From Callorhinchus milii (Eukaryota), in the NCBI RefSeq assembly GCF_018977255.1, contig NW_024704742.1, positions 129,210,001-129,274,000 on the forward strand: a stretch of DNA of 64,000 nucleotides, read 5' to 3'. Positions within the stretch are counted from its first letter, which is position 1, and each line of letters starts with the position of its first letter. Made by a program: the position numbers and the translations under genes. The notes below the pieces were generated by a model that was not told the origin of the DNA, searched no databases, and saw only the letters and a program-made list of their open reading frames with translations. This document shows positions 11,962-25,429 of this stretch, piece by piece.

Positions 11962-12193
11962 GGTGAAACCTTGGGCAAGTTTCCTTACTCCACATGCCTG
12001 ATAATAATCCCTCAAAAAAATAATAAATTGGTCATTTCAATCCACGACAGTTTGTGGGACAATGCTGTGCACAATTGGCTGCCACATTTTGCTCACAATC
12101 ATACAGTCAATTCACTTTACAGTCTGTTCTGTGAAGCGCTTTGAGACGTCTAGAAGACGTGAAAAGCGCTTCATCAAATGCAAGGATTATTAT
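11962..12193 (+). mobile_element. Short-form SINE, 5'-truncated
   Basis: Matches 23400-23660. Confidence 0.85.
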
Positions 12194-12639
12194 GAAGGGT
12201 TTAGGGAGGGAAGGCAATTGGAGAAGTGTCTGATGTGAAGTGGAACAAAGGGGGAAGCAATTTATTATATTGCTGACAGATTTGAACAGGCAATGAGATG
12301 CATTTCCAGTGAAATGATTTCAGGGCGTTTTGGAGACAGGTCCTACGTCAGCAAAGGGCAGATGCGAGCAAAACCAGCCTGACCTCCTCAGATGATTAAC
12401 CGACACAGTTGTGCCCCATGTTAAATGTTTTGGCTGAAGTGGAGACGGCTGAAATGAATGCACTTGCTAAATAAATTCCTTTTATTTATTGAAAAGAAAG
12501 GAGCCACGCGAGGAGAATTTTTTTCCTTTTTAACTGTTTGAATGCCATTAATATTTGCCTTCTCCCTCCTCGGATTGCATTTAACTGCTCATTGGAACCA
12601 TCTTTCTAAATCAGCACATTAAGAAACCATAGGACCATA

Positions 12640-13332
12640 ATAATAATATAATAATCCTTGTTTTTTTTTAGAGTACCTTATCATGTCATTGAGACATCTC
12701 AAAACTCTTCACAGAGTATACTGTAAAGTGGAGGTCTGTAGCTCGGTGGTTAGAGCACTGACCTAGCAAGCGAGAGACCTGGGTTTGATTCCCAGCAGGA
12801 CGAAATGTTGAGCAAGTTTCCTTGTTTACATAGCAGTAAGAAGGAACACAGTCAATAGTTGATTGGCAGATTGCTTTTCTGTGGGTAATAATTCCTTGAA
12901 AAAACAATAATAATAAGTTGGTCACTTAATCCACAACTGTCCGTGGGACACTTCTATGTGCAATTGACTGCTGCATTTCACCAACAAAATACATAGTAAA
13001 TCCACTTCATAATATATTCTGTGAAGCGCTTTCAGACTTCTCAACAACGTGATAAGGTACTGTATCAAATGTAAGGATTTTTTAAATTATTATTAGATGT
13101 ATTAGTGATTCTCTACATAGCTGTTTGTGGGACATTAAAATACACAATCAATTCACTTTACAGTATACCCCGCGAAAGCAATGCCCGGATTCCTACTTAC
13201 TGCTAGGTAATCAAAGGCGTGTGGGGTAAGTAAATTTGCCTAAGGTTCAGCCCACCCGGGAATCAAACCCAGGTCCTCTCGGTGTTTGCGAGGCGAGTGC
13301 TCCAATCAATATGCTACAGACGTCAGGACTCC
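12640..13332. mobile_element. Nested SINE cluster: + strand long-form SINE (12730-13095) within a - strand SINE
   Basis: Minus-strand tail at 12640-12731 and minus-strand head at ~13175-13332 flank a plus-strand copy. Confidence 0.7.
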
Positions 13333-15699
13333 ATAGAAATTGGCAGCACTGAATAAAGCTATTCAGCCCATCGAGTCTGTGCTGGCTCTTTTAAGAGCAA
13401 TCGTTTCAGTCCGGTTACCTGGTCTTTCCCCGGTAGTTTAGTCCTTTTCAGGTATTTATCTAGTTCCCTTTTGAGAGCTAATATGGATTCATCAAGACTT
13501 GCACATGTTAAAAAAAATCACAAGATAGCATCAAGCTGTTTCTTAAATGTGACCATTGTTCTAATGTCAGCCCTCAGCCTCCCTTTCTGAATGTGGTGTG
13601 TTGTATGTGTTTGCTTTCGGAAGTAGGTTCAAATGGACAAACATTGCGTTGCACTGTAACAAGGTGCAGAGTTCTCAGTGATTGTTTAAATTAACAACCA
13701 CAGAGGTATAGATCTGGATGATAAGAAATCATCTGCAACAACAATAACTTGCATTTTTATCTTGCCCTTCATGCAAGATAGCATCTCGGAGCATTGACAG
13801 TGTCAGAGCTGGATGCAGAGCAAGGAGAAGCGGAAGGGACAAGTGGCAAATATCAGACAGCTGTCTATAGAAGGGGTTGAATATTATAATCTCAAATGGG
13901 GCAGACATTCCTCCTGGGTCTAGATTTACTCAATTTATGTAGCACTTAAGAGCTTATTACCGTTGAAAGCTTTTGGATGTGTCACTTTCAGGACACTATA
14001 TAAATTAGCACAAGGTCTCTGGCAATACAGATCAGTGCAACACAAGTCAATGGTCTTTTCTTATTTGCTTATGTCCTTTTTGCTGATTTTATGACATCTT
14101 TAGCAAACAATAGTAAGAATGGAAACAATGTAAGATATCATGCAAGAAGTTAAGTGGATTTCATAACTAACTTAAACATTATATTATGTACCCTTTAACT
14201 TTCATCTCTTTATTGGGGTATTTAAAGCTTTCTTTTTCTTAATCTCTTTCAACATGTCTTTGGTCAGCTCTTAGGTTCTCTGCTGTATTCATTCCACAAG
14301 AAAGGTCTTATTTACTTGCAAATTGCTATTTTCAACAGCTTACTCTTCTATCAGAGAATTTCAGGATAACAAGAACACAAGCAAGTCTCTAATGAGAGAA
14401 GACTATTTGATCCATTAATCCCACTTTTTGCAAAGGACCACACATAACTTGTACTTTCAAGGATCTCATTCTAATCTATTTTAAGACACCATATAAACAC
14501 AGGCAAAGTAGAGATACACTGACTTCAAAGAATTGTGACATAGCTATGGTATGAAAATGAATTATTAATTCATTATGAGTGATAAGAAATAAGTGATATT
14601 GATGCAGAATGCAGTATTCTGAAAATATCTTGTTCGCTTAAAGTGCACCGAGTAATACAATACCAACAAGTTGCATTTATACATCAAGAGGGTTGGAGGG
14701 CAAAGGGGCTGGAGATGGAAAGATGACCATAGGTACAGTCAAAGAAGAAGGTCTTGAGATGGATATATATAAATGTATAGATGAGAATAAATACCGAGAG
14801 AATCATAGAAATTAACAACACAGAAGGTGGCCATTTGGTTCATCGAGTCTGCACTGGTTCTCAGAGTTTTTTCAATCCCACTGCCCTGCCCTATCTGTAC
14901 AGCATGTTTACCTGAATCACAGACAATCTATGTAAATCCCCATACTCTTCAAGCCTCTAACTTTTATATACTTCACTTGTATTTTTAAGTGTGATAACAA
15001 CAAAGTCTACAGTTAGGAATTAATTGATAAATGTTGAACCCACAAAAGACCTAGAAAGTTTGTTTGTGGTACCAATTAGCAAGTTTAGACCACAATTTGA
15101 TTCAATTTCCAATAACCTGGGTTCAGCAGGTAATAGTTAACTTTGCATTTGAACTACAAGTCTGAAAGGATCAAGTTTCTTGTGTCACCTTGCATGTCAA
15201 AGAGGTGGTGGGGATTGGGCATAGGGGAAATGCTGCCATTAATATTCTTCTCAGACTTTCCATACTAATACAGAATGTTGAGGCACAGACACAGAGCAAT
15301 TGATCTCTTTATAGATGGAAGCTATTTGGGTGGGAAGAAAATAATCTGACATCTTGAATCAGTCTTGAACTGTCATATAGCCATCAGCCATGTTCCTGGC
15401 ATAAACATAGAGGTCATGAAGCACAAGCACATCCTGGTGTTGATTCAGTGATGATCAATTAAAGTACTGGTCAACCTGGTCACATCTCTTCAGTGTTGCT
15501 TAGGAGGGACTCTGACAAGAAGTAGGTTTTTATGAAGCTTGGTGGTTCGTGGTTTCAGGCTCTATTACAGTCCAGGAGCTAAAGAATGGGTTTACTGTAA
15601 AAAAAACTGAACAAGGGCTACGAGATTTATCCTCACTTGGATATCTGCTTTACTTCAGAATAATAAGTGGAATTATCAACGATTTCTAAAGGATTCTTC

Positions 15700-15817
15700 T
15701 ATCTCTCTCTCTCCCCCTCTCTCTTTCCCTCCCTCTCTCTCCCCCTCTCTCTTTCCCTCTCTATCTCTCTCTCCTTCACTAACTCTCTCTCCCTCCCTCT
15801 CTACCTCTCTCTCTCTC
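15700..15817. repeat. (CT)n-rich microsatellite, followed by TA-rich low complexity to ~15890
   Basis: Directly visible. Confidence 0.95.
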
Positions 15818-15999
15818 AACGTTTCTCTATATGTATTTATGTATCTATGTATCTGTGTAGCTAAGTGTCTCCCTATATACATATATATATATCTTCTGTC
15901 AGATAACAAGCAAGTCTCAAATGAGAGAAGACTATTTGACCCAGTGATCCCTCTCTCTCTACCTCTATCTGTCTGTCTATGCCTCTGTCCTTGTCCTCT

Positions 16000-18263
16000 C
16001 CTAGCCAGTGATCACAACATCATTAGGTTTAGAGTACTTATGGAAAGCAACAAGGAACAATCAAAGGTGAAGATACTCAACTGCAAGAAGGCTAATTTCA
16101 GTGAGTTAAAAAGAAACCTTAGCAAGGTGGACTGGAAAGAAAGATAAAACAGCTAATGGGCAATCGGAAGCCTTCAAGGAGGAGATAGTTAAGCGACAGA
16201 ACAAATATATTCCCACAAAGGGGAAAGGTAGGGCATCCAAACCTCCTTGGATGAATAAGGAAATTGGGATTAAAATAAAATAGAAAAAGAGGTTTATGAT
16301 AAATGTCAGGTCCAAAATACAGAAGATAATCAAATAGAATATAGAAAGTACAGAGGAGAACTTAAAAAGGAAATAAGACGGGCAAAGAGATTGTATGAGA
16401 AAAGATTAGCGGGTAACATAAAAGGGAATCCTAAGGTATTTTATCAGCATTTAAAGAATTAAAGAATAGTCAAAAGTAGTGTGGGTCCAAAGTAGGGACC
16501 AAAGAGGAAATCTTCTTGTGGAGGCAGATGGCATGGCTGATGTACTGAATGATTATTTTGAATCTATCTTCACAAAAGAAGAGCATGCAGCCAATGCCAC
16601 AATATCGGAGGAGAGGGCAGAGAAATTGGATAAGATAAGAATAAACTGAGAGGAGGTACTAAAAAGGTTGTCCGTGCTCAAGGTAGATAAGTCCTCGGTG
16701 TGGACGGGAAGAATCCTGGGTTACTGAGGGAAGTAAGGGTGGAAATAACGGAGGCTCTGGCCACAATCTTTCAATCCTCTTTGGACACTGGGGTGGTGCC
16801 AGAGAACTGAAGGGTTGCAAATGTTACTCCCCTGTACAAAAAGGAGCAGAAGGATAAACCCGGGAGCTGCAGGCCGGTCAGCCAAATGTCAATAGTGAGG
16901 AAATTTCTAGAGACTATAATCCAGGACAAAATAAATTTTCACGTAGAAAAATATGGGATAATAAAGGACAGCCAACACAGATTTGTTAAAGGCAAATCAT
17001 GTCTAACAAACCAAATAGAGTTTTTTGATGAAGTAACAGAGAGGGTGGATGAAGGTAGTGCAGTTGATGTAGTTTATATGGATTTTAAAAAGGCGTTTGA
17101 TAAAGTGCCACATAAGAGACTTATAAGCAAGTTGAAACCTGTGGTATTAAAGGGTGGATACAGAACTGGCTGGGAGAGAGAAAGCAGGGAGTGGTGGTAA
17201 ACAGCTGTTTTTCTGACTGGAGGGAAATGTGCAGTGGTGTCCCCCAGAGGTCAGCATTGGGACCACAGATGTTTTTGATCTATATAAATGACCTGGACTT
17301 GGGTACAGGGAGTACAATTTCCAAGTTTGCAGATGATAATGAGCTAGGAAAAGTAGTAAACAGTGAGGAGGATAATAGCAGACTGCAAACAGACATAGAC
17401 AGACTGGTAAAATGGGCAGACACATGGCAGATTAAGTTTAATGTGGAGAAATGCAAAGTGACGCATTTTGGGAGGAAGAATGAGGACCAGCAATATAAGC
17501 TGATGGTACAATCTTAAATGGGGTGAAGGAACAGAGAGACCTGGGGATTCATACAAGTAAATCTTTGAAGGTGGCAGGACAGGTAGATAAAGCTGTTTAA
17601 AAAAGCATACGGGATACTAGGCTTTATAAATAGGGGCATAGAATACAAAAGTCAGGAAGTTATGATGAACCTTTATAAAACACTAGTTAGGCCTCAGCGA
17701 GAGACTGTGTTCAGTTCTGGGCACCACACTTTAGGAACGATGTCAATGCATTGGAGAGGATGTAAAGGAGATTTACCAGAATGGTACCAGGAATGAGGGA
17801 CTTCAGTTATCAGGAGAGGCGAGAAAAGCTAGGATTATTCTCCTTGGAGCAGAAAAGGTTAAGAGGTGACTTAGTAGAAGTTTTCAAAATTATGAGGGGA
17901 TTCAATAGGGTGAACAAGGAGAAACTATTTCCACTGGGCGGATGGGTCGGTAACCCGAGGACACTGATTTAAAACAATTGTTGAAAGAAACAGAGGGGAG
18001 GTGAGGAGAATTTTTTTTACGCAGCAAGTTTTTCAGATCTAGAATGCATTGCCGGAAAGAGTGGTGGAAGTCGATTCAATTATAACTTTTAAGAGAGAAG
18101 TAGAAAATTATTTGGGGAGGACAAGTTTGCAGGGCCATGGGGAGAGAGCGGGGGAGTGGGATTGAATTGGATAGTTCTTTTCAAAGAGCCGGTACAGACA
18201 CGATGGCTGGATCGTCTCCTTCTATGCTGTATAATTCTATGATTCTATGATGATTCTATGATT
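16000..18263 (+). mobile_element. CR1 LINE, 5'-truncated, disrupted ORF2 (reverse transcriptase)
   Basis: Motifs SDHN, QHRFVKGKSCLTN, VDVVYMDFKKAFDKVPH, SGVPQ, FADD, WQIKFNVEKCK and LEQKRLRGDL, with stops and frameshifts, ending in an (ATTCTATG)n tail. Confidence 0.95.
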
Positions 18264-19984
18264 CTTCACAATTCACTTCCTCAGTGTAGATGAGACGTTG
18301 TTTAGATACAAAGCTGATTACTTGACCTCTGCCCCTTCCCTTCCTCCCTGTATAGAATGCTCAGTATTGTTCTCTGGGTAAAGTACCTCTATGATAGGAA
18401 CCCACAACAAGGCAATGATAATAATAATCTCTGCATTTGATATAGTACCTGATCTCATCATCAAAGCATCCCAAAGCATTTAACAGGATTTACTGCAAAG
18501 TGCAGTGACTGTGAGATTCTAGGTAAAAATAAGACTGAGCATTAGTTGACTGAGATCTGGTGATGTGTGATTCTAGTGGGAAATCCTAATAGTGACTGAT
18601 ATCGGCAAAGTATGCCGGATGTAATGCTCAACTGAATGTTTACCCACATGTGGGAATCCTGGGTAGGAATCTACCATTTGTAATGGATTAAGCCAACCTG
18701 GACTGCGCTTGAGGCTATGATTTTTATATTAATAATATATTTTGCCATCGTATATGTAGAGCTTTCAGAGAATTATGTGCAGTGCCTTTGACGATATGTG
18801 TCTATGATGGGAAATCCCATATCACTGAGTGGATTTATTTTTTGCCATTGAGTTACTAAATGTTTTTGTTCAACAAAGTGTTACAATCGGTGGAATTTGA
18901 AGCATCCAATTGTGGTGATGCAACATGGGTACCGAGGAATGTGTGTTCACTGCAAATATTTTATGATTTATTCCAGGAATTGATTGAACAAATTGAGAGG
19001 ATTTTTTTTCCATTTCATGCTTTAATTGATTCCAGCTTCCTTTTTGGTCACCTACAAAACAAGTTTCCAATCCAGGTATTGTCCAATTCCTTGATTTTGA
19101 TTCCTAGAATATCCTGTGTGCAACACTCTCTGCTTTACTTTGAGATGTTTCCCGTGTAAATCACCACTCATTCCACACAGCTCCCCTAAGTACTGTCTTA
19201 TGCAATCTACAGACCTTCTTGTCATGTTTTATTTAGTCCATGTACTTAGAGTTCCATTCACACCATAATCTTTCATGTTTAGCGCTTTGCAGAGTTCATA
19301 AGGCAAACTCTCACTTGAAGCTAAGTACAATCCATTACTCTCTAATGGCCATTTTATATTCTCACTGTATCTGTTGTGTGTTGTTGCTATGCACCTGCGT
19401 AATGTGTAACTCAGAGAGGCTCTCTTGAGCCAATGCAATGGAAACAAGGAGCAAATTCAATCTAATCACAGTTATTGAGAGTTCATTCAATATTTCACCT
19501 TATCTAAATATTCCCACAATGAAGCAAAGTGATGTGGTTAAACATTAGGAAAAGCAGAATGGCAAAAAGGCACTGACCACTGAAACATATTCCTACATAG
19601 TACAGTGATCTATTATATGACATAGATTTGCTTTTTGATTGACTATGGATTTCCGTGCACATACAAGTCTTACAGTACAAGTATTAAAGTGGTGAAGTTG
19701 AAAAATGTCGGTCAAAGTAGCTGCTGACTGAGTTTCTGAACATTAATTGATAAAATTGGTCATTCGCTTTCTGGTTGTTCGTGGGATATTGCTGGGCGCA
19801 CATCGACTGCCGCGTTCATTATGAAATACAGACGCTACACTTCACAGTAAATCCAGTTAGCAATTCAGTTCAGACATCATCCTTGTGTGGAATACGCTAT
19901 CAAATGTAAGGATTGTTATTTTATTTTAACAATAAGTTCATCTTATTGCAACATTCCATATTAACAGTAGAGGATACTATATAA

Positions 19985-20140
19985 AGACCAGGAACAGGAA
20001 GACTGGCTGATTTTCCCTTCCCTATCCCTATCCCTTGGAAGGCCAGGAACAATTTAGCTCCTGGCTGAGACCAGCAAATTCAACATGGACCAGGATTCGG
20101 ACCACTGGGTTCCTTAAGCTGCAGTTCTATCCACTTGACC
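19985..20140 (-). mobile_element. Ancient SINE-like repeat, same family as 61780-62030
   Basis: Reverse complement contains ggtcc..gttgaatttgctggtctcagccagg..gggaaaatcagccag..ttcctg. Confidence 0.45.
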
Positions 20141-20689
20141 ATCGGAACTGCCCTCACATGTCTATTTTCACTTGTTTTCATTTCCAATACCCTTGTTGGT
20201 AACTCTAGATGTATTTTTGAATGCTTTTCAATCCAGCTCTCTGTGAGTCCTTAAAGCATTAAAACATCTGTTTCCCTTAATATTAGCTTTTAGCTTCCTG
20301 TACAGCCCTTGAGTCTTGGCTTTGACATTCATTTCCTACTCTTTGACAGCAAATGCTTTGATTGTACTGCTTCCAGCTTATCTTTGAAAGCATTCCATTC
20401 TCCTTTAGTGGTTTTTTTCCCCTCCAACACATTTCCTCGGTTAATAATCCCTAGTTCCTCCCTTGTGATAGTCAAATCTGTTCCCCATATTCATATTACT
20501 TGTCCTACTGTTTATAAACATCAGGGGAGGAAAATGCAGCGTGTGAAATGCTATAATTATCACATTGCCTAAAAGTGCAATACAAGCCTGTCTTTAGTTA
20601 TCGACGGTCCACCCACACACCCCACCACCACCAACTCCCAACATAAAGGTCTGCCCTGTAGCTGCTCAAGTTATCTACCGACCTGTTCA

Positions 20690-20937
20690 AGTGCACCGTG
20701 AAGATCCCATGGCACTATTCAAAAAGAAAGGGAGTTTCTCCCAAATGTCCTGGCCAACAGGAAATTGATCATTCACTTCATTGATCTTTGTGGAATGTTG
20801 CTGTGTGCAATTTGGCTGCTATGTTTTCCCACAAAACACACAGTCACTCCACTTTACAGTATATCCTGTGAAGCGCTTTGGGTCATCCTCCTGATGTGTA
20901 CCAAATGTCCACCAAATGTAAAGATTATTATTATTAC
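20690..20937 (+). mobile_element. Old Deu-domain SINE, 3' part
   Basis: aagatcccatggcactattc..gtcctggccaac, then the Deu core and tail. Confidence 0.75.
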
Positions 20938-21569
20938 TGAGCTACCCCCATCCTACAGACCTGAAAGGCAGCAATTTCCAGGCAAGCAAACAAAGATGGC
21001 AGGCCATGGAGAATTGGAGCAGCTTCGGGCCAAACCATTTTTGTTTCAAAGTCAGGGGATTACTCACTGCTAAGTTATCCATCACTGGCCAGTTTGTATC
21101 ACACTTGTCAGCAGTGTGATAACTGGGCATCTAGGTGCTGCCTCATGGTTTTCTAAAGAAACGTTTCCTGCTGCAAATTTCACCTGCATTCGTAAAGTAC
21201 TTGCACATATTGACACAATTTGATTATTGTAGCATTCAGTGGCTTCAGGACTATTCCCAAAGATCACCTATGTTTGTGTAGGAATATAGAAGTCAATGTA
21301 GAGTTCCTAACTCCATTCCGTTGCTTAAATATCAACAGCTTCATCAATTGGAAGCCATTCTTAATGATGAGTTTGGAACTGAACATCCCTCTGACTTCCA
21401 AAGAATGTTTCCTTCCTCTAGAGTGTTCAGAATTGAATATTTTGAGTTTTGTGGAGTTTTAGTTTGATTAACTTTGAGGGTTGGGGAGTATCTATTATAG
21501 TGCTTTCTGTAGAAGATACTGTCTATGGAAGGAGCAGGTTTGTCAATATTTGTCGCAATATGCATTTGG

Positions 21570-21921
21570 CCTTTCATACCTTCGCACCTCCCTACCTATC
21601 CAACCTGCTTACACCCCAGTCCACCACCTGCTGCCTCCCCTCGCCTGGCTCAAGCCTCCCGTTTGTCCCATGTGCCCTCCGTTCTACCATTAGTGGCCGT
21701 GCCTTCAGCCACTATGCCCCGGAACTCTGGAACTCTCTCCCTCAATCCCTCCACCTTGCCCCCTCCTGTGCCACATTCAAATCCCACCTGAAGACCTTCC
21801 TTTTTGATCGTGTTTACGATCACCTCCCCCCTCCCTCTCCCACTGGTTTGTTGTCACTCTGTAAAGTGCTCCAGGATGCTACACCGAGTGAAGTTTGAAT
21901 ACAAGTTGTTGTTGTTGTTGT
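21570..21921 (+). mobile_element. L2 LINE 3' end
   Basis: APPYLSNLL..GRAFSHYAPELWNSLP..FKSHLKTFLF followed by a (ttg)n tail. Confidence 0.9.
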
Positions 21922-22174
21922 AATCCAACACTAACGTTCAAAATTTCAGCTGTAAAAAATTATATTTAAAAAAATCAACATAATAAATCAAAATGTGTTT
22001 CTGGCAATGACATCTGCTCTGACTGTGACTTGCAGTTGGTGGTGAGGGGAATTAATATTGTAGAATGGCACGTTAAGTAAAGTTAATACAAACTACCCCT
22101 CAATAACTGTCCATTTCAACAACGCTCATTGTTTACCATTGTGTTCAACCTCGAGCTGAATATGCTTTGTTGCA

Positions 22175-22570
22175 TTAGTTCAGTTGGTAGCATTCTCACC
22201 TCTCAGTTAGAAGACTGTGGCTCAAGGTTAGGATTTTGAGCTCACAGTCTAGGCTAATACTTTATTACAGTGGTAGGGGGTGCTACATTTTTAGTGATGC
22301 TATTGTTAAACCAAGTATTGTCCGCTTGTTCAGGAGGCCATCTCATGATGCTTTTCGAAAAGAGGAGTTTCTCCTCATGTCCTGACCAATAATCTCCTGA
22401 TTCAAATTGGTTGTTCACTTCATGGCTGTTTGTGGAACATTACTACTTGCAAATTGGCTGCTGAATTTGGCTACAAAATGCACAATCATTATACTTTACA
22501 ATCAATCCCATAAAGCTATTTGATATATCCTCCTGACGTGAAAGGCATTTTATCAAATGCAAGGATTATT
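22175..22570 (+). mobile_element. Old Deu-domain SINE, degraded full length
   Basis: Head cagttggtagcattctcacctctcagttagaag through to the tail caaatgcaaggattatt. Confidence 0.7.
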
Positions 22571-22899
22571 ATTCTTGTTGCAGAAATAGCACTGTGAGAG
22601 ACTACAGTACCTATACCATCTAAAGTGTAATTTTCCACTCGATGCTAATGGGCAGGAAAATTACCCACAGTCTGACTACAGAGGTCCAGTATTATCAATG
22701 AATCTAATCAAGTAAACAGCCAAGGCTGGTGATGTAATGCCAAAATTGTCTCTCAGACATGAAAAACAAATTGATAAAGTGACGTTCAGCATCCTCTGGA
22801 TGAAGAACAGATGAGGTTATAAACTCTAAATCACATAATAGACCAGAGCTGTCAACACAGCTGTGCAGTGATAGCGATGTTGGTTTTGCTGAAGTCTGC

Positions 22900-23200
22900 T
22901 GCATCGTTTGAGGCACCGTCCTTCAGCGATGTCTGCCTGTTCAGGTGGATGTTAAACAACCTATGACATGATTTGAAAAGAGAAGGGAGTTTCTTTCCGA
23001 TGTCCTGGCCAACAATTCCCAAAATAAAATTTGTCATTCACTTCATGCCTGTATGTTGGGACATGCTATGCGCTTATTGGCTGCTGGGTCCGCCCACAAA
23101 ACACACAGTACCTATACTTTACTGTATATACTCTGAAGCACTTTATGGGGGCCTCCTGACATGAAAGACATCATACCAAATGTAAGGATTATAATTATTA
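22900..23200 (+). mobile_element. Old Deu-domain SINE, 3' two-thirds
   Basis: gaggcaccgtc..ctgttcaggtggatgttaa..gtcctggccaac..tail. Confidence 0.7.
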
Positions 23201-23334
23201 CCATTATGTATTTCAACAATTAATCTCAGAAATCTGAACATGCACCAAGTAGGAACCTCTCGGACCAATTGTGGAAAAGCAGAATTCTGTAAAATTTCAA
23301 AGTCTACTTTTTTAACAAGTGCAGAAAGTGCAGT

Positions 23335-23660
23335 GGAGTCCTGTAGCTCAGTGGTTAGAGCACTCGCTTTGCAAGTGAGAGACCTGAGTCCAATTCCCGG
23401 CAGGGCGAAACCTTGGGCAAGTTTCCTTACTCCACACGCCTAATAATAATCCCTCCAAAAACAAAAACAATAATAAATTGGTCATTTTCAATCTACGACT
23501 GTTTGTGGGACTTTGCTGTGCGCAATTGGCTGCCGCGTTTGCCCACAAATATACAGTCAATTCACTTTACAGTCTATTCTGTGAAGCGCTTTGGGACGTC
23601 CTCCCGACGTGAAAAGCGCTATATCAAATGCAAGGATTATTATTATTATTATTATTATTA
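23335..23660 (+). mobile_element. Young short-form tRNA/Deu/L2-tail SINE, full length
   Basis: Pol III A box (tagctcagtgg), B-box-like gagtccaattcc, CpG-rich body, 3' stem-loop and long (tta)n tail. Confidence 0.95.
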
Positions 23661-25429
23661 AAATCAGCTTCCTACATTAAGACTGAAATTAAGAACTTTC
23701 CACAGTTTTGCACCATTTTAAATTTAAACCAAAATTGCTTCACAGGCTACAACTATAATAATGATAACATCAATAAAATGACAATAACAATTATAATCCT
23801 TGCATATGTTGAAGACTGCTTGCAGGACATTGTTGTGCAATTTTCAAGCACAAAGTACACAGTTACTCCACTTTACGGTATATTCTGTGAAGAACTTTGA
23901 GACATATGCAAAGATTATTATTATGATATAGCGCTTTCAAGTCGGGAAGACATCGCAAAGCATTTCACAGGAGCTAATGTAAACAGTAGTGACTGTGCAT
24001 TTTGCAGGAAAATCTGGCAACCAATTTGCACACCATAATGTCCCACAATGGAGCCATGAAGTGAATGAACAATTTATATATTGTGCTTGCTTGTTTGTTT
24101 GTTTGCATTTATATAACACTATTAAGGTTAAAAATAAGCACCTCTAAGGACTTTATAAAATATAACAGATTAGAAATGAAAATGGATGTTGTTCCATCAG
24201 AGAAACAAAGACTAGGTGGAGCACCAGGTGTTGCCTCCCATTATTGTCCTCATCCTCTGGGTAAACCAAGCTTCCATTGTGCTGTATGGCAGCACTAGTA
24301 CTAATGGAGTTCAGTCACAATAAAACCCTTCCATGAATTATTCACAAGCTTCGGACCTGCACTTTCAAGTCCCTAAAGCAACATTGGTTGCTCCCTAAGA
24401 GCACTAAGGCTGCTATTTGAAAGAAGGGGTCACTATATCCATTTACCTTTCAATAAGGATCAAGTGAATTACATCCGCTACGTGCAATATTTTTAGTTCC
24501 GTGAAGGTCTTTCATTTTTAGTCCTTCCGAATGGCAATAATGGCATCTAAGTAGCACTCCAGAGTACATGTGGCCACCAGCAAAATTATCCAAGATGTAA
24601 GCAGCATTTCCTCCAGAAAATAGCGTGATTGAAGCTGATCATACCTCAGCAGTACCCCAAGCGTAAACTCTGGGACCTTGGCTCTCACCAACTTTGTCCA
24701 GCACCTTGGGACATCCTCCTGACGAAAGGTGCTATACAAATGTAATTTTGTTGTTGTTGTTGTGAGCAGGCTGGCTCCCTCCAGGGAGAGAATGCTCATT
24801 CCATTCCAGGCAAAGGGACATTTCTATGCAACTGCGGAACTCTTAGTGGTTGGATTTCAGATACTCTTGAGCATGGCAATGGGTTTCCCCATGTGTCGGA
24901 CACCAGGCTAACCAAAAAAAAACAAAGAAACAAATTTCAATTAGAAATGCAATACTACGGGCTGATGAGACTATAGAGTAGTGTTTACTTCTGCCTTCCC
25001 TGGTAGGTATGGAATGGAAACAGTGGGAGGTCTCAATGAGAGGAAGGGAGTTGGAGAATACCAGAGTTCCTGTCGACAGTTGTTAGTATCAATCAGAACT
25101 TGCCTGAAAGAATAAATGCCAGAACTAGATTGCTTCCTCCCAGTCCCACCTGCTGTCAGTGTATGCACTACTTTACCAAAAGCTTCAGTACAATCAGTTC
25201 AACCTGAAAGTCCTTATTCAAACAATTGGATTCACATCACATAGCGGAGTATGAAATACGTGATATTCTGAGCTGCCCCTGTGTTAAGCTTGATAACATC
25301 AATGAGTCAGGGCTCCGAGACACTATTCCCATGTGAAGGGCACTGCATAAATGCAAACATGAAGTACGTAAATATGAATTATGAAGTTCAGGAAACCGAA
25401 CAGTGAGGCTGACTTAACACGCGTTATAC

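Noticed and set aside
15667..15909. ORFs with SL/ER-rich peptides
   Set aside because: They are translations of the (CT)n microsatellite.
21088..21127. Short hairpin containing CAGTGT (iron-responsive element or pre-miRNA)
   Set aside because: CAGTGT lies mostly in the stem rather than forming the apical loop, and the stem is too short for a pre-miRNA.
23413..23661. Recurrent ORF MGKFPYSTRLIIIPPK.. (also 30908, 39978, 11845) resembling a multicopy small-protein family
   Set aside because: It is the chance reading frame of the SINE body; copies differ freely by stops and frameshifts.
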